Below, one piece after another: positions 1 to 10,747 of a stretch of DNA of 64,000 bases. The notes beneath the pieces were generated by a model. The model made no database searches, was not told the DNA's origin, and was given only the letters and a program-made list of their open reading frames with translations. The position numbers were made by a program, and so were the translations under genes. This stretch comes from Candidatus Taenariivivens baikalensis (GTDB lineage Bacteria > Omnitrophota > Omnitrophia > Omnitrophales > Aquincolibacteriaceae), in contig SICL01000004.1 in NCBI GenBank assembly GCA_009691445.1, positions 30,708 to 94,707 on the forward strand, read 5' to 3'. Each line of letters starts with the position of its first letter. Within the stretch, counting starts at the first letter, position 1.

Positions 1-2
1 AA

Positions 3-374
3 TTAAACTCTCCTTCTCTTCGGCGGTCTGCACCCATTGTGCGGAATCGGCGTAATATCGTAAATGGCCCGGACTTGAATTCCGGCTGCCTGAATCGCGC
101 GGATGGCGGATTCGCGGCCCGCGCCGGGGCCTTTAATATAAACTTCTACTTCTTTCATTCCAAACTCAAGTGCTTTTTTTGCAGCATTCTCGGAAGCAAT
201 CTGAGCGGCAAAGGGAGTCGATTTTTTGGATCCCTTGAATCCGGCGGATCCAGAACTGGACCAACAAAGTGTGTTGCCGGCGTGATCGGTGATCGTCACC
301 GTGGTATTGTTAAAGCTGGCATTGATATGCGCTACACCGTGTGCCACTTGCTGTTTTTTCTTTTTCTTTGCCAT
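3..374 (-). CDS. rpsK: 30S ribosomal protein S11
   Basis: The 123-aa ORF starts MAKKKKK and has the conserved S11 core ([15 protein letters not shown]-like C-terminus). It sits after rpsM in alpha-operon order. Confidence 0.95.
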   Translation of the reverse strand: MAKKKKKQQVAHGVAHINASFNNTTVTITDHAGNTLCWSSSGSAGFKGSKKSTPFAAQIASENAAKKALEFGMKEVEVYIKGPGAGRESAIRAIQAAGIQVRAIYDITPIPHNGCRPPKRRRV

Positions 375-475
375 TGTCGTTCAGCTCCTTTAAAGCCGGT
401 GATCAGTCCTCAGTTTTCAGCGCTCAGTTATTTTTCTGAGCACGGATCACTGTTCGCTGATCACTTTATTGATCA

Positions 476-862
476 TTATTTCGGTGTAGGCGCCTTCTTA
501 CTAAGTCCGCCAATCGTTTTTCTTTTCCCCTTACGGGTACGAGCATTCGTATGCGTCCGCTGGCCGCGTACCGGAAGACCCTTCATGTGACGGATTCCAC
601 GATAAGAGCGAATATCCATCAGACGCTTGATATTCTGACCTATTTCCCGCCTAAGATCCCCTTCCACTTTGACATTCTTCTGAATCACCGCCGTGATCAG
701 GGAAATTTCTTTTTCACTCAAATCTTTGGCACGCTTTGTTGGTTCAATTTGAGCTTCTTTTAAAATTTTCCGAGCGGTATACGAACCGATCCCGTACAAA
801 TAGGTCAAAGACGTCTCAATCGTTTTCTCACGGGGAATATCAATCCCTATAATACGAGGCAT
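476..862 (-). CDS. rpsM: 30S ribosomal protein S13
   Basis: The 128-aa ORF has S13-typical [10 protein letters not shown] and a KGKRK tail. It is adjacent to rpmJ and rpsK. Confidence 0.95.
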   Translation of the reverse strand: MPRIIGIDIPREKTIETSLTYLYGIGSYTARKILKEAQIEPTKRAKDLSEKEISLITAVIQKNVKVEGDLRREIGQNIKRLMDIRSYRGIRHMKGLPVRGQRTHTNARTRKGKRKTIGGLSKKAPTPK

Positions 863-957
863 TTTATGCTCCTTAATAAATCCTAGTGTGCGAGTTTACG
901 GGTGAACGGGTATGCGGGTTTGAAAACCCGGTCACCAGCTCACTCGTTAACCAATGT

Positions 958-1071
958 TTATCCTTGCCGCTGTTTATGCTTCGGATTTTTGCAAATGACG
1001 TACACCACTCCGCGTCGGCGGACAATCTTGCAATCTTCGCAAATTCTTTTGACTGAACTATGAACTTTCAT
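958..1071 (-). CDS. rpmJ: 50S ribosomal protein L36
   Basis: Hand translation of the minus strand gives a 37-aa [40 protein letters not shown]. It carries the L36 Zn-ribbon C-x2-C...C-x4-H pattern. It is absent from the ORF track because it is under 60 aa. It lies in the canonical position between infA and rpsM. Confidence 0.9.
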   Translation of the reverse strand: MKVHSSVKRICEDCKIVRRRGVVYVICKNPKHKQRQG

Positions 1072-1093
1072 TAATAGACCTTACTCAAGTTTT

Positions 1094-1200
1094 GTCATTC
1101 CCGCATTCTGTTGACAGGAATCCATTTTTTTGTCTGGATCCCAATCCGCCAGAGGCCGGATTCGTCCTCTGGCGAACAAAATCATCCGGGGATGAATGCT
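1094..1200. repeat. Family-A intergenic palindromic element. It is a GTCATTCCCGC...GGAATC hairpin plus CGCCAGAGG...CCTCTGGCG and CATCCGGGGATG hairpins.
   Basis: Inverted repeats are read directly from the sequence. The GTCATTCC terminus is shared with the elements at 6611, 53061, 57364 and 58541. Confidence 0.6.
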
Positions 1201-1209
1201 AAAACGCTG

Positions 1210-1428
1210 TCATTTTACTCGAAACGTAATTCTGCCGCGGGCCAAATCATACGGGGAAAGCTCTAGCTTGACTCTGTCGCCCGCTAATATACGAATATAA
1301 TTCATTCTCATTTTGCCCGAAATATGAGCCAGAACTTTGTGGCCATTATCAAGAGTCACACGAAACATCGCATTAGGAAGCGGCTCAAGTACGATTCCTT
1401 CCACTTCAATCGCTTCTTCTTTCGGCAT
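1210..1428 (-). CDS. infA: translation initiation factor IF-1
   Basis: The 72-aa S1-like OB-fold sequence ([31 protein letters not shown]) is near-universal IF-1. Confidence 0.95.
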   Translation of the reverse strand: MPKEEAIEVEGIVLEPLPNAMFRVTLDNGHKVLAHISGKMRMNYIRILAGDRVKLELSPYDLARGRITFRVK

Positions 1429-1435
1429 AATTTTT

Positions 1436-2188
1436 TTATTTTTCTCCGCAGGTGAGATTCACCACGGCTCCATCGATAAAAGCGACCGTGTCTTCATAAT
1501 GACTGGCCCATTTCCCATCCTCGGTCACAACCGTCCAGCCGTCTTCGAGTGTTCGGACTTTGTAATGTCCTTCGGTCACCATCGGCTCAATCGCCAGCAC
1601 CAGACCATCTTGAATCTTATATCCGCGCCCGGCTTCTCCATAATTGGGAACCTGCGGATCTTCGTGCAAATTGCGGCCGATACCGTGGCCAACATAATCC
1701 CGAACAACTTGATAACCATCTTCTTCAATCGATGCTTGAATCGCGGCGGATAAATCCCCGATCCTTGCCCCGCTTTTGTAGGCTTTAAGTGCCGCTTCAA
1801 AAGATTTTTGAGCGGACCGAAGAAGCTTCATTCTTTCTGCGCTGATAGTTCCTACCGGCCACGTACGCGCTGCATCCGCATAGTAACCGTCTATCTTAGC
1901 CCCGATATCAAAACTTACTATATCCCCTTCGCGTAATTTTCGCGAACCCGGAATCCCGTGCACCACTTCTTGGTTCACCGAGATGCACGCGGTTTTGGGA
2001 TATCCTCGATAGCCTTTAAAGGCTGGGATCGCTCCGGCGCCAACGATAATCTTTTCTGCGATCTGATCCAGCGTATCAGTCGTGACCCCAGGTGCGATCA
2101 CTTGCTCGACTTCAATAAAAATTCGTTTTAGGACTTCCGCTGCTTGACGAATAATCCCAATCTCCCGACTTGATTTCAGAGAGATCAT
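1436..2188 (-). CDS. map: methionine aminopeptidase type I
   Basis: The 250-aa ORF has the conserved metal-ligand context ([20 protein letters not shown]) and sits in the canonical position after secY-adk. Confidence 0.9.
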   Translation of the reverse strand: MISLKSSREIGIIRQAAEVLKRIFIEVEQVIAPGVTTDTLDQIAEKIIVGAGAIPAFKGYRGYPKTACISVNQEVVHGIPGSRKLREGDIVSFDIGAKIDGYYADAARTWPVGTISAERMKLLRSAQKSFEAALKAYKSGARIGDLSAAIQASIEEDGYQVVRDYVGHGIGRNLHEDPQVPNYGEAGRGYKIQDGLVLAIEPMVTEGHYKVRTLEDGWTVVTEDGKWASHYEDTVAFIDGAVVNLTCGEK

Positions 2189-2841
2189 ACCGCCAATTTC
2201 ATCTCATCAAAAAGCGTCTTCAATACCGTTTGAAGTTCGGGCACATCGTAATCACCCGGAACGGAAACCAAAATATTCTGTCTCTTATAATACTGGATCA
2301 GCGGGCTCGTCTCTTTGAGATACATTTCAAGCCGATGTTGAATCGTCACCGGCGTATCATCTTTGCGCTGTACGAGCATTTCGCCGCACTTGTCGCAGAC
2401 CCCCTCTTTCTTAGGAGGGATGTTACGCGTATGATAATTACCTCCGCATTTCGTGCAGACTCTGCGGCCAGATAAGCGGTCAATGATTACCTGCTCTGAT
2501 GTCTCAAAATCAAGAACAGCATCAAGCTTCATCGTCTGCTTCTTTAAAAAAACATCCAAGGATTCAGCCTGACCGATCGTTCTTGGATAGCCATCTAAAA
2601 TAAAGGCCTTCTTACCAACCCTACTAATTTCTTCAAACATCATTTCATTCACCAGTGCGTCGGGAACTAAATTTCCAGTTTCGATGATATCCTTAGCCTT
2701 GGCTCCCAAGGTCGTTTTTTCGCGGATATGCTGTCTTAAAATATCCCCGGTAGCCAAGTGATCAGCTTTGAACTTTTCACTCAAAATCTTAGCGTGTGTT
2801 CCCTTTCCTGCGCCCGGAGGTCCTAACAGTACAAGTCTCAT
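2185..2841 (-). CDS. adk: adenylate kinase with Zn-ribbon lid
   Basis: The ORF has the GPPGAGKGT P-loop and a CTKCG...CDKCG lid. It is 218 aa long. Confidence 0.95.
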   Translation of the reverse strand: MRLVLLGPPGAGKGTHAKILSEKFKADHLATGDILRQHIREKTTLGAKAKDIIETGNLVPDALVNEMMFEEISRVGKKAFILDGYPRTIGQAESLDVFLKKQTMKLDAVLDFETSEQVIIDRLSGRRVCTKCGGNYHTRNIPPKKEGVCDKCGEMLVQRKDDTPVTIQHRLEMYLKETSPLIQYYKRQNILVSVPGDYDVPELQTVLKTLFDEMKLAV

Positions 2842-2867
2842 GTAAGCAGCTTCGGTCTTTCTAGGCT

Positions 2868-4223
2868 TCAGCGCCGTGATTTCAATTTTCCGCGCTTAAT
2901 AAATCCGTCGTAATGACGCATCAAAAGCTGGGACTCAATCTGCTTCATCGTATCCAGCACCACGCCAACAATAATCAAAAGACCGGTACCGCCAAAAAAG
3001 CTGGCAATTAAAAATGGAATGTTCAAAATCTTAGGAGACGAAATCACTCCAGGAATCATCGCGATAAATGCCAGAAACACTGCGCCGCTCATCGCAATCC
3101 GCGTCATCATATAATCCAGATATTCTGCTGTGTTTTTTCCAGGACGAAGCCCTGGAATAAACCCGCCATACTTCTGGAGATTATCACTCACCTCAATCGG
3201 ATTAAACGTAATCGCCGTATAAAAGAACGTAAAAAAAACAATCAACAAGGCGTCAAGCACGGAATGAGTCGCGCTTCCAGCCGCAAGCCCTCGAGCAAAG
3301 TTACTCAAGAGTCCCGTGTTGGGGAAAAAACCAGCGATGGTTGCCGGAAAGAGCAACACAGATTGGGCAAAAATAATCGGCATCACACCCGCCTGATTAA
3401 CTTTCAGCGGTAAGTATGTGCTCTGCCCTCCATAAACGCGGTTGCCACGAATCTGCCGCGCATATTGAACTGGAATTTTTCGCTCACCCTGGATAATGAG
3501 AATAACAAAAACAACCGTCGCAACAAATAGCCCAACCATAATTCCAAACTTCCACCAAGGAAGCTGCTGGTGAGCCATATCCAAAGGGGACAAGAGTACC
3601 CAAGTTTGCCATAAGGCTGTCGGCACACGGGAAATAATACCGGTCGTAATTAAAATCGACATCCCGTTTCCGATCCCATGCTGGTCAATCTGTTCGCCAA
3701 GCCACATAATAAATGCAGTGCCGGTGGTCAGCGTCAGAATCGTCATGAGGCGGAACGCCCAACCCGGATTCGGAACAATCACGGTGCTATGAAAATTTTC
3801 TGGATTCTCAAGCCAGAGTGAAATAAAAAACGTCTGGATAATACTCAGGACAATCGTGCCGTAACGCGTATACTGGATGATCTGCTTACGTCCCGCCTCG
3901 CCTTCTTTCGCCAAAGTTTCCAACTGAGGGATTACCACTGTCAAAAGCTGCAGAATAATCGACGCTGAGATGTAAGGCATGATTCCGAGTGCAAAGATCG
4001 TGGCTTTTTCTAGAGCGCCACCCGAAAAAAGACCCATAATGCCAAAGAGCGATCCACCTGACGTGCGCATAATGTTTTGAAAAAACATCGCCAAAGCCGC
4101 GCCATCAATTCCGGGCGTTGGAACAAAAGCACCGAGACGGTAAATCAATACAATAAAAAGAGTGAAAAGAACCTTGGTCCTCAGCTCCGGGACCTTAAAA
4201 ATATTAACAAACGCTTTTAGCAT
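2868..4223 (-). CDS. secY: preprotein translocase subunit SecY
   Basis: The 451-aa polytopic membrane protein has SecY signature segments (GIMPYISASIILQLL) and lies between rplO and adk. Confidence 0.95.
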   Translation of the reverse strand: MLKAFVNIFKVPELRTKVLFTLFIVLIYRLGAFVPTPGIDGAALAMFFQNIMRTSGGSLFGIMGLFSGGALEKATIFALGIMPYISASIILQLLTVVIPQLETLAKEGEAGRKQIIQYTRYGTIVLSIIQTFFISLWLENPENFHSTVIVPNPGWAFRLMTILTLTTGTAFIMWLGEQIDQHGIGNGMSILITTGIISRVPTALWQTWVLLSPLDMAHQQLPWWKFGIMVGLFVATVVFVILIIQGERKIPVQYARQIRGNRVYGGQSTYLPLKVNQAGVMPIIFAQSVLLFPATIAGFFPNTGLLSNFARGLAAGSATHSVLDALLIVFFTFFYTAITFNPIEVSDNLQKYGGFIPGLRPGKNTAEYLDYMMTRIAMSGAVFLAFIAMIPGVISSPKILNIPFLIASFFGGTGLLIIVGVVLDTMKQIESQLLMRHYDGFIKRGKLKSRR

Positions 4224-4243
4224 TTTAGGGATTCGCTCTGTGC

Positions 4244-4672
4244 TTAAGCAATCAGAACAGCCTGACCGCCGGCTTTTTCAATCTTAGCCTTGGCTGACTC
4301 ACTAAAACGATGGGCTTTGACTATCACGGGGATTGAAATCTCTCCGGCCCCAAGAACCTTCAGGCCTGATTTTATTTTCTTAATCGTACCCTGCGCTTTT
4401 AAAATCTCAGGCGTCACTTCTTTGTGCCCAAGCTCGGCAATCTCACCGATATTGATGATGGCATACCGCGTTTCAAAACTAACATTGCTGAAACCGCGCT
4501 TGGGTAATCGGCGATACAAGGGATTTTGCCCCCCTTCAAAACCTCCGCGACGGGTATATCCAGACCGTGATTTTTGACCTTTTTGTCCGCGGCAAGATGT
4601 TTTCCCATGACCGGAACCAATACCGTGACCAATCCGCTTTCTGTTTTTCTTGTAGGGTTTTTTCGCTCTCAT
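4244..4672 (-). CDS. rplO: 50S ribosomal protein L15
   Basis: The Gly/Arg-rich N-terminus and L15 core are present. The ORF overlaps the rpsE stop, and there is no L30 gene between them. Confidence 0.9.
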   Translation of the reverse strand: MRAKKPYKKNRKRIGHGIGSGHGKTSCRGQKGQKSRSGYTRRGGFEGGQNPLYRRLPKRGFSNVSFETRYAIINIGEIAELGHKEVTPEILKAQGTIKKIKSGLKVLGAGEISIPVIVKAHRFSESAKAKIEKAGGQAVLIA

Positions 4673-5244
4673 GACTCGGAACTCTCATCGGTTGACTCAT
4701 CAAGATCGAGCCGCTCTTTACGATCACAAAGCTGCTCCATACCATGCAACGTTGCCTTGAGCACATTAATCGAATTGTCACTTCCCAAACTCTTGGTCAG
4801 AATATCTTTAATACCGCAGGATTCACACACAGCTCTCACAGCGCCGCCCGCAATAATTCCTGTACCCGGGGCTGCCGGCTTCAGAAAGACACGAGCCGCG
4901 CCGTAGCGTCCGTACACTTCATGAGCGATGCTCGTCCCCTTCATCTTAATTTTAATCTTACTCTTGTGAGCAGCGGTAAGCGCCTTACGGATCGCATCCG
5001 AAACTTCATTGGCTTTGCCTAGGGCATAACCAAGCTCTCCAGCACCGTTACCAACAATCACCAAAGCACTAAAATGAAACCTTTTTCCACCCTTAACCAC
5101 TTTGGCGCAACGATTCACTTGAATCACTTTTTCATACGGTGTGACGCGAAGAGTCTCGACGATTTTCACCGTTGCCAATGGAATTGTTTCCACAACTTCA
5201 ACTCGCTTTTCTTCTACATGTGCCTCGGTTTTTTTATCCGTCAT
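4669..5244 (-). CDS. rpsE: 30S ribosomal protein S5
   Basis: S5 dsRBD and C-terminal domain motifs are present ([27 protein letters not shown]). There is an acidic C-terminal tail. Confidence 0.95.
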   Translation of the reverse strand: MTDKKTEAHVEEKRVEVVETIPLATVKIVETLRVTPYEKVIQVNRCAKVVKGGKRFHFSALVIVGNGAGELGYALGKANEVSDAIRKALTAAHKSKIKIKMKGTSIAHEVYGRYGAARVFLKPAAPGTGIIAGGAVRAVCESCGIKDILTKSLGSDNSINVLKATLHGMEQLCDRKERLDLDESTDESSES

Positions 5245-5267
5245 AAGCTCTTCTCATTTTCCTTCAT

Positions 5268-5624
5268 TTAGAACTGGATTCCCGCTTTGCGAAGAGATTC
5301 CGCAAGGGCCTTCACGCGTCCATGATATTTATAACCCGCACGATCAAAAGCGATTTTCGAGATTCCTTTGCTCTTAAGTTTTCCCGCAAAAACTTCGCCC
5401 AATTTGTCAGCCTTCACGGTCTTAGAGCCTTTAACAGTTTTTTGAAATTCCTTTTCACTCGTGGCAACCGAACAAATCGTTTTAGCTTGAATATCATCGA
5501 TCACCTGAACATACATGTGGTTCAAGGAGCGGTGAACACAGAGCCTCGGCCGGTCCTGCGTTCCCGTGATTTTTTTACGTATACTCTTATGCCTTGCGGC
5601 TCTTGCTATTTCTTTTTTTAGCAT
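5268..5624 (-). CDS. rplR: 50S ribosomal protein L18
   Basis: The L18 family sequence ends in RKAGIQF. Confidence 0.9.
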   Translation of the reverse strand: MLKKEIARAARHKSIRKKITGTQDRPRLCVHRSLNHMYVQVIDDIQAKTICSVATSEKEFQKTVKGSKTVKADKLGEVFAGKLKSKGISKIAFDRAGYKYHGRVKALAESLRKAGIQF

Positions 5625-5639
5625 AAATGGCTCTTACGA

Positions 5640-6176
5640 TTAACCAACCGTCTTTCCTTGTTTGCGGCGAATTACTTCACCGACATAATGAATGCCTTTA
5701 CCCTTATAAGGTTCGGGCTTATGAGAAGATCGAATATCAGCGGCCAACTGCCCCACCATCTGCTTATCTAATCCAGAAACCGCCACACGGGTCGGGTTAG
5801 GACAATGAACCACGATCCCTTCCGGTATATCATGCTCAATCGGGTGGGTAAACCCAAGCGCCATAACAAGCTTCTTACCCTTTACTTCCGCCTTGTAACC
5901 AACACCGACAATTTCGAGCTCTTTTTTATAACCATCAACCACACCGCGCACCATATTTTGGAGCAGACTGCGGGTCAAGCCGTGAAGCGCTCGATCCGAA
6001 TTAATATCCGTGGGACGACTAACTTCAACGTGACCATCCTTCACCGCAACCTTCATGCGGGGATGAACTTCCATCTGAAGCTTTCCTTTCGGCCCCTGAA
6101 CAGAAACGGTCAGGTCCTTAATTGCGACTTGCACGCCACTGGGGATTTCTACTGGCTTTTTTCCAATTCGAGACAT
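5640..6176 (-). CDS. rplF: 50S ribosomal protein L6
   Basis: The ORF starts MSRIGKKPVEIPSGVQV and has the two-domain L6 fold. Confidence 0.95.
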   Translation of the reverse strand: MSRIGKKPVEIPSGVQVAIKDLTVSVQGPKGKLQMEVHPRMKVAVKDGHVEVSRPTDINSDRALHGLTRSLLQNMVRGVVDGYKKELEIVGVGYKAEVKGKKLVMALGFTHPIEHDIPEGIVVHCPNPTRVAVSGLDKQMVGQLAADIRSSHKPEPYKGKGIHYVGEVIRRKQGKTVG

Positions 6177-6191
6177 ACGCTCCTCAACCCT

Positions 6192-6590
6192 TTACCAAAC
6201 TTTACACAGCAGTTCGCCGCCCACATTTAACTTTCTTGCTTCCTTATCCGTCACAACTCCACGCGACGTCGAAATAATCGCAATTCCAAGTCCACCCTGC
6301 ACGCGAGGCAACTCTTCCGACCCTTTATAGGTCCGAAGACCTGGTTTAGAAACACGCTTTATCCCTCGAATTGCGGGCGATTTTCCGCGAATATACTTCA
6401 GATGAATCCGCACGAAATTTTTATTTCCTTCGTTAAAGGGTTTTACACTGGTGACAAACCCCTCTTCTTTTAAAATATCCGCAATACGGGTAGTCATCTT
6501 CGAGGTCGGAACGGTAACCTTATCCTTTTTAGCACTCGATGCATTTCGAAGCACCGTTAAAAAATCAGCTACAAAATCCGTGACAGGCAT
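6192..6590 (-). CDS. rpsH: 30S ribosomal protein S8
   Basis: The S8 family ORF ([17 protein letters not shown]...) ends in GGELLCKVW. Confidence 0.95.
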   Translation of the reverse strand: MPVTDFVADFLTVLRNASSAKKDKVTVPTSKMTTRIADILKEEGFVTSVKPFNEGNKNFVRIHLKYIRGKSPAIRGIKRVSKPGLRTYKGSEELPRVQGGLGIAIISTSRGVVTDKEARKLNVGGELLCKVW

Positions 6591-6610
6591 TTCTTTTTCT
6601 CCTTATTACT

Positions 6611-6649
6611 GTCATTCCCGAATACTTCTACTGGGAATCTATTCTTTTG
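6611..6649. repeat. Family-A short hairpin GTCATTCCCGA...TGGGAATC between rpsH and rpsZ.
   Basis: A short inverted repeat with the ATTCCC/GGGAAT stem is read directly from the sequence. It shares the GTCATTCC terminus with other family-A copies. Confidence 0.5.
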
Positions 6650-6675
6650 GGTCCTGATTCACCATTTGGGAGATA

Positions 6676-6861
6676 CTACCAACTTGATTTCGTCACGCCG
6701 GGAATAATCCCCTCGTTGGCGAGTTCTCGGAAACAAATACGGCACAATGAAAATTTTCGAATGTATCCCCTAGGACGTCCACAACGCTGGCACCGGTTAT
6801 AACCCTGCACCTTAAACTTCGGGGTCCGGCGTTGTTTAACCACCAAGCTTGTTTTTGCCAT
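6676..6861 (-). CDS. rpsZ: 30S ribosomal protein S14, Zn-ribbon (type Z)
   Basis: The 61-aa ORF has the [20 protein letters not shown] motif. Confidence 0.95.
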   Translation of the reverse strand: MAKTSLVVKQRRTPKFKVQGYNRCQRCGRPRGYIRKFSLCRICFRELANEGIIPGVTKSSW

Positions 6862-6879
6862 AACTTTTAAATCCTTGTT

Positions 6880-7446
6880 TTACTTTTTCTTAAAAGGAAG
6901 GCCAAGATTCTGGAGCAGGCTTTTACCTTCGGAATTAGTTTTTGCCGAGGTCACGAACGAAATATCCATACCCTGAGTTTTCTTGATTTTATCAAAAACA
7001 ACTTCCGGAAAAATAGTCTGTTCCTGAAGTCCAAGCGTGAAATTTCCGCGCCCGTCAAAGCCCTTATCAGAAAAACCCTGAAAATCACGTATACGCGGCA
7101 TCGCAATATTAAACAACCGGTCGACAAACTCATACATCTTCGCCCCCCGGAGCGTAACTTTAAGCCCAACCGGAAGTCCTTCCCTCAGCTTGAATGCGGA
7201 AATTGATTTTTTGGCGCGAGTCACAAGTGGTTTTTGCCCCGTAATATTTCCAAGCTCCATAGCCAACTGCTCCAGAATCTTGATATCATCCTTCGCTTCT
7301 TTAATTCCCATATTAACGACGATTTTTTGAAGCCGCGGCAATTGCATGACATTAGAGTAATTAAACTCTTTTTGCATCGCAGGCACCGCCTCTTTGCGAT
7401 ACTTTTCCAACATTCTCGGGACCGTTGCCTTTCCAGCTACGCTCAT
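6880..7446 (-). CDS. rplE: 50S ribosomal protein L5
   Basis: The L5 family ORF is 188 aa and in canonical spc-operon position. Confidence 0.95.
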   Translation of the reverse strand: MSVAGKATVPRMLEKYRKEAVPAMQKEFNYSNVMQLPRLQKIVVNMGIKEAKDDIKILEQLAMELGNITGQKPLVTRAKKSISAFKLREGLPVGLKVTLRGAKMYEFVDRLFNIAMPRIRDFQGFSDKGFDGRGNFTLGLQEQTIFPEVVFDKIKKTQGMDISFVTSAKTNSEGKSLLQNLGLPFKKK

Positions 7447-7772
7447 ACTTTATCTCCAAACATCTCTTGGCTTTTCTTGGCAATACGCTGCTTTTCGCCG
7501 TCTTTCAGGATCACATAACCCACCTTAGTCGGCTTCCCAGTCTTGGGGCAAAGCAATTGCACGTTCGAAATGTGAATAGGGGTTTCCATCTGAATAAGCC
7601 CCCCCTTGGGATTTTCCTTAGTGGGACGCGAAGCCTTTTTACGGTAGTTGATTTTCTCCACCAACACCGCCGCCTGCGTTGGATAAACTTTCATGACCCT
7701 ACCCTTTTTGCCGCGATCTTTACCGGCAATCACCAAGACTTGATCATTTTTTCGAATACGCATCTTAAACAA
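7443..7772 (-). CDS. rplX: 50S ribosomal protein L24
   Basis: The KOW motif ([15 protein letters not shown]) is present. The start may be at the second Met. Confidence 0.9.
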   Translation of the reverse strand: MFKMRIRKNDQVLVIAGKDRGKKGRVMKVYPTQAAVLVEKINYRKKASRPTKENPKGGLIQMETPIHISNVQLLCPKTGKPTKVGYVILKDGEKQRIAKKSQEMFGDKV

Positions 7773-8133
7773 CCTCGGGAGCTAAGGAAATTATTTTTGT
7801 AAATTGACGCTCGCGAAGCTCTCGGGCAACAGGTCCAAAAATTCGCGTGCCTTTTGGATTTTTTTGATTATCAATAATGACTATGGCATTAGAGGAAAAA
7901 CGCACGAGCGAACCGTCTTTACGACGAATCGGAGAGCGGGTACGAACAATGACCGCCTTAACAACCTCGCCTTTTTTGACACTACCCTGCGGAATGGCCT
8001 CTTTAATGGCAGCCGTGATTATATCCCCCACCTCCGCCACGCGCTTACCTCGACGTCCAATAACACCAATCATAGCTGCTTTTTTAGCACCGCTATTATC
8101 TGCAATTTCTAAAATCGAGCGCATCTGAATCAT
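7765..8133 (-). CDS. rplN: 50S ribosomal protein L14
   Basis: The ORF starts [17 protein letters not shown] and ends LAPEVV, matching near-universal L14. Confidence 0.95.
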   Translation of the reverse strand: MIQMRSILEIADNSGAKKAAMIGVIGRRGKRVAEVGDIITAAIKEAIPQGSVKKGEVVKAVIVRTRSPIRRKDGSLVRFSSNAIVIIDNQKNPKGTRIFGPVARELRERQFTKIISLAPEVV

Positions 8134-8405
8134 TTCGCAAGCACCTTAACCAACTTCCAGTTTTTTGTTTTTGAAATAGGCTTTGTCAGGATAATTTGAA
8201 CTTTATCCCCCACCTTAGCTTCTTTGTTTTCATCGTGTACCGCATACTTAACTTTACGACGGACAATTTTTTTAAATGTTCGGTGCTGCATTAGACGGGA
8301 AACTTCCACTACAACCGTTTTCTGCATCTTGTCACTGATCACAACCCCTTCGCGGACCAGAGAAGCTTTGCGCTTCATTTCCTGCGGCTGAACTTGATCG
8401 CTCAC
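8130..8405 (-). CDS. rpsQ: 30S ribosomal protein S17
   Basis: The OB-fold S17 family ORF has QKTVVVEV and [13 protein letters not shown]. Confidence 0.9.
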   Translation of the reverse strand: MSDQVQPQEMKRKASLVREGVVISDKMQKTVVVEVSRLMQHRTFKKIVRRKVKYAVHDENKEAKVGDKVQIILTKPISKTKNWKLVKVLAK

Positions 8406-8605
8406 GACTTGACCTCCGATTTTTTCTGACGCATCACTGTTAAAATACGCGCAATATCCCGCCGAGTATTCTGTATCACTGATTGTCTTTCTAGCTTCCC
8501 AGTCTTAAGCTGGAAGCGGTATTGCATCAGTTCTTTTCGAAGGTTGCCTGCTTTTTCGGCCAACTCTTCAATGCTCAAGTTAAGAAACTCTGCTACCTTC
8601 GCCAT
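8402..8605 (-). CDS. rpmC: 50S ribosomal protein L29
   Basis: The L29 helical protein has LRKELMQYRFQLKTGKL. The ORF track starts at a GTG at 8623 that overlaps rplP. The ATG at 8605 is preceded by a GGAGAGG Shine-Dalgarno and abuts the rplP stop, so it is preferred. Confidence 0.85.
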   Translation of the reverse strand: MAKVAEFLNLSIEELAEKAGNLRKELMQYRFQLKTGKLERQSVIQNTRRDIARILTVMRQKKSEVKS

Positions 8606-8606
8606 A

Positions 8607-9023
8607 TTATTGTACCTCTCCACGTATCACAAACTTGGTTCTGAATGGCAACTTATGAGCGCAGAGCCTAAGAGCGGCCTTAGCCAACGCTTCGGGAAGC
8701 CCACCCATTTCAAAAATTAAACGGCCAGGCTTAATCACCACCACATAATATTCAGGGGCGCCCTTCCCTTTTCCCATCCTGGTTTCAGCTGGCTTTTTAC
8801 TGTAAGCTTTGTCGGGGAACACACGTATCCACACTTTTCCGCCCCGCTTGATGTGCCGCGTCAAAGCCACGCGAGCCGCCTCAAGCTGAATTGACGTCAT
8901 ATAACCACATTCAAGCGCCTTAAGTCCAAAATCCCCGAAAGAAATCGTGCTGCCACGGGTGGCAACACCCCCCATCCAACCGCGCTGCTGTTTGCGGAAT
9001 TTTACTCGTTTTGGCATTAACAT
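8607..9023 (-). CDS. rplP: 50S ribosomal protein L16
   Basis: The L16 family ORF has [15 protein letters not shown]. Confidence 0.95.
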   Translation of the reverse strand: MLMPKRVKFRKQQRGWMGGVATRGSTISFGDFGLKALECGYMTSIQLEAARVALTRHIKRGGKVWIRVFPDKAYSKKPAETRMGKGKGAPEYYVVVIKPGRLIFEMGGLPEALAKAALRLCAHKLPFRTKFVIRGEVQ

Positions 9024-9042
9024 AAATCAACGTTCCTTAAAA

Positions 9043-9888
9043 TTAGACGATTGGTTCGGCAGAAGCGGTGTCAGGCGGCACTTCTAAAGATATTTGCACG
9101 TCCCGCTTTTCCTTCACCGGGGATTCCGATTGAGCTTGAGCGACTACTGCTTTGCGTGGCTGCTTTTTCGCACTACCCGCAACCGCGCCATGAATCGCGG
9201 CATCTCCATCTTTCTCCACATCCGTCAGCTGCTGCGTCTTACGAATTTCCGCTTCTTGCTTTTTCACAAACACATCGCCCTTATAAACCCAAACCTTACA
9301 ACCGATAGTTCCATACGTCGTCTTCGCTTCCACGAAGGCATAATCAATATCTGCACGAAACGTATTCAGAGGAACCTTACCTTCTCGGTAACCTTCGTCG
9401 CGAGCAATTTCAGCACCACCCAACCGCCCCTTACACAGCACTTTAATTCCCAAGGCCCCCTTGGTCATCGCCATCTGCACGGCCTTCTTAAGCGTCTTTC
9501 TGAAATTGACACGCTTCTCCAACTGCGTGGCCATATTCTGAGCAATCAACTGGGCATCCGTATGGGGATTCTTAACTTCCTTAATTTCCAAAAAGATTTC
9601 ATTTTTAACGATCTTCGCAAGCCCTTCCTTGATCTTATCAATCTCCTGACCTCGGCGTCCAATAATTACCCCGGGCCTGGCTGTGAAAATTCGTATCCGG
9701 AGGCGTCCGCCCGATCTTTCAATTTCAATGTTAGTAATACCCGCAAAAAAAAGCTTCTCTTTTAGGAATTTCCTAATCTTCAAATCTTCGTGCAGGAATA
9801 CGCTAAAGTTTTTACGGACAAACCAACGCCCTTTCCATGGTTTGATATACCCAAGCCTTAGTCCGTATGGATGTGCTTTCTGACCCAA
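9043..9888 (-). CDS. rpsC: 30S ribosomal protein S3 with about 60-aa C-terminal extension
   Basis: The S3 KH and C-terminal domains are present (MGQKAHPYGLRLG). A low-complexity Lys/Ala/Glu-rich tail follows about residue 215. Confidence 0.95.
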   Translation of the reverse strand: MGQKAHPYGLRLGYIKPWKGRWFVRKNFSVFLHEDLKIRKFLKEKLFFAGITNIEIERSGGRLRIRIFTARPGVIIGRRGQEIDKIKEGLAKIVKNEIFLEIKEVKNPHTDAQLIAQNMATQLEKRVNFRKTLKKAVQMAMTKGALGIKVLCKGRLGGAEIARDEGYREGKVPLNTFRADIDYAFVEAKTTYGTIGCKVWVYKGDVFVKKQEAEIRKTQQLTDVEKDGDAAIHGAVAGSAKKQPRKAVVAQAQSESPVKEKRDVQISLEVPPDTASAEPIV

Positions 9889-9903
9889 GAGTTCCTCCTT
9901 AAA

Positions 9904-10419
9904 TTAAACTTTAGCAGCTGCCGCACGATCTGTTTTTTTTGCCGACACTTTTAATTTTGCTGCTTTTGATAAGCCTTCTTCTTTTTTTAGTAACTCAGCT
10001 GTTTGGTTAGATGCACCGGCGGGCTTCTTGCCTTCTTTCAAAATAATAGAAAGATGGGACATCCTCTTTAGGATTTTATCCGCACGCCCCATCGACCGCT
10101 GCATAACGCGCTTCATCGAGGGGCCGCCGTCGGCGCGGATATCCGCGATATAAAGACGATTCTCATCCATACCAAGAACTTTAGCATTGGCCGCGGCACT
10201 CTTAAGAACTTTTTCCGTTATCCGTGCTCCTTTTTGCTTGATCACCGTCAAGGTCAAAAAGGCCTTTTGTACCGTCGCTCGGCGTACCGTGTTAATCACT
10301 CCACGAAGTTTCCGCGGACTAATTCTTAGATATTTCGCCACTGAACGCGCACAAAGCTCCACCGCCGGACGCGCCTCTGATTCTGTAACTAATTTTGATT
10401 TTTCTTTTTTCATAGTCAT
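9904..10419 (-). CDS. rplV: 50S ribosomal protein L22 with Lys/Ala-rich C-terminal extension
   Basis: The L22 core (YLRISPRKLRGVINTVR...) is present. The 171-aa length compares with a typical length of about 110 aa. Confidence 0.9.
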   Translation of the reverse strand: MTMKKEKSKLVTESEARPAVELCARSVAKYLRISPRKLRGVINTVRRATVQKAFLTLTVIKQKGARITEKVLKSAAANAKVLGMDENRLYIADIRADGGPSMKRVMQRSMGRADKILKRMSHLSIILKEGKKPAGASNQTAELLKKEEGLSKAAKLKVSAKKTDRAAAAKV

Positions 10420-10447
10420 CCACTCACTATCTTTTTAATTTTAAAAT

Positions 10448-10747
10448 TTAGGTCTTCGCGCCCGCCGCCATCGCCTTCGCTTTATCTCCCGCCGCACTAT
10501 GAACTCTAAAGGTACGGGTCGGAGAAAACTCTCCAAGCTTATGCCCCACCATATCTTCGGTGACGAAAACGTTGAGAAACGCCCTTCCATTGTGAACAGC
10601 AAAGGTCAACCCCACAAATTCCGGGGTGATCGTGGAACGACGGGACCATGTTTTGATTGGGCGACGGTCCCGCTTGTCATGTGCAGTTTTTATTTTTTTC
10701 GCCAACTTTAAATCAACGTAGTATCCTTTTTTTGCTGAACGGCTCAT
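10448..10747 (-). CDS. rpsS: 30S ribosomal protein S19
   Basis: The S19 family ORF has [15 protein letters not shown] and FAVHNGR. Confidence 0.95.
   Translation of the reverse strand: MSRSAKKGYYVDLKLAKKIKTAHDKRDRRPIKTWSRRSTITPEFVGLTFAVHNGRAFLNVFVTEDMVGHKLGEFSPTRTFRVHSAAGDKAKAMAAGAKT

Noticed and set aside
9094-9765. A 223-aa plus-strand ORF antisense to rpsC. Similar long antisense ORFs occur opposite rplA (25761-26411), atpF (33108-33770), nuoM (41852-42388), rpoB/rpoC and atpA.
   Set aside because: All lie entirely within strongly supported conserved genes on the other strand, and none shows recognisable motifs. They are artefacts of the GC/codon structure.
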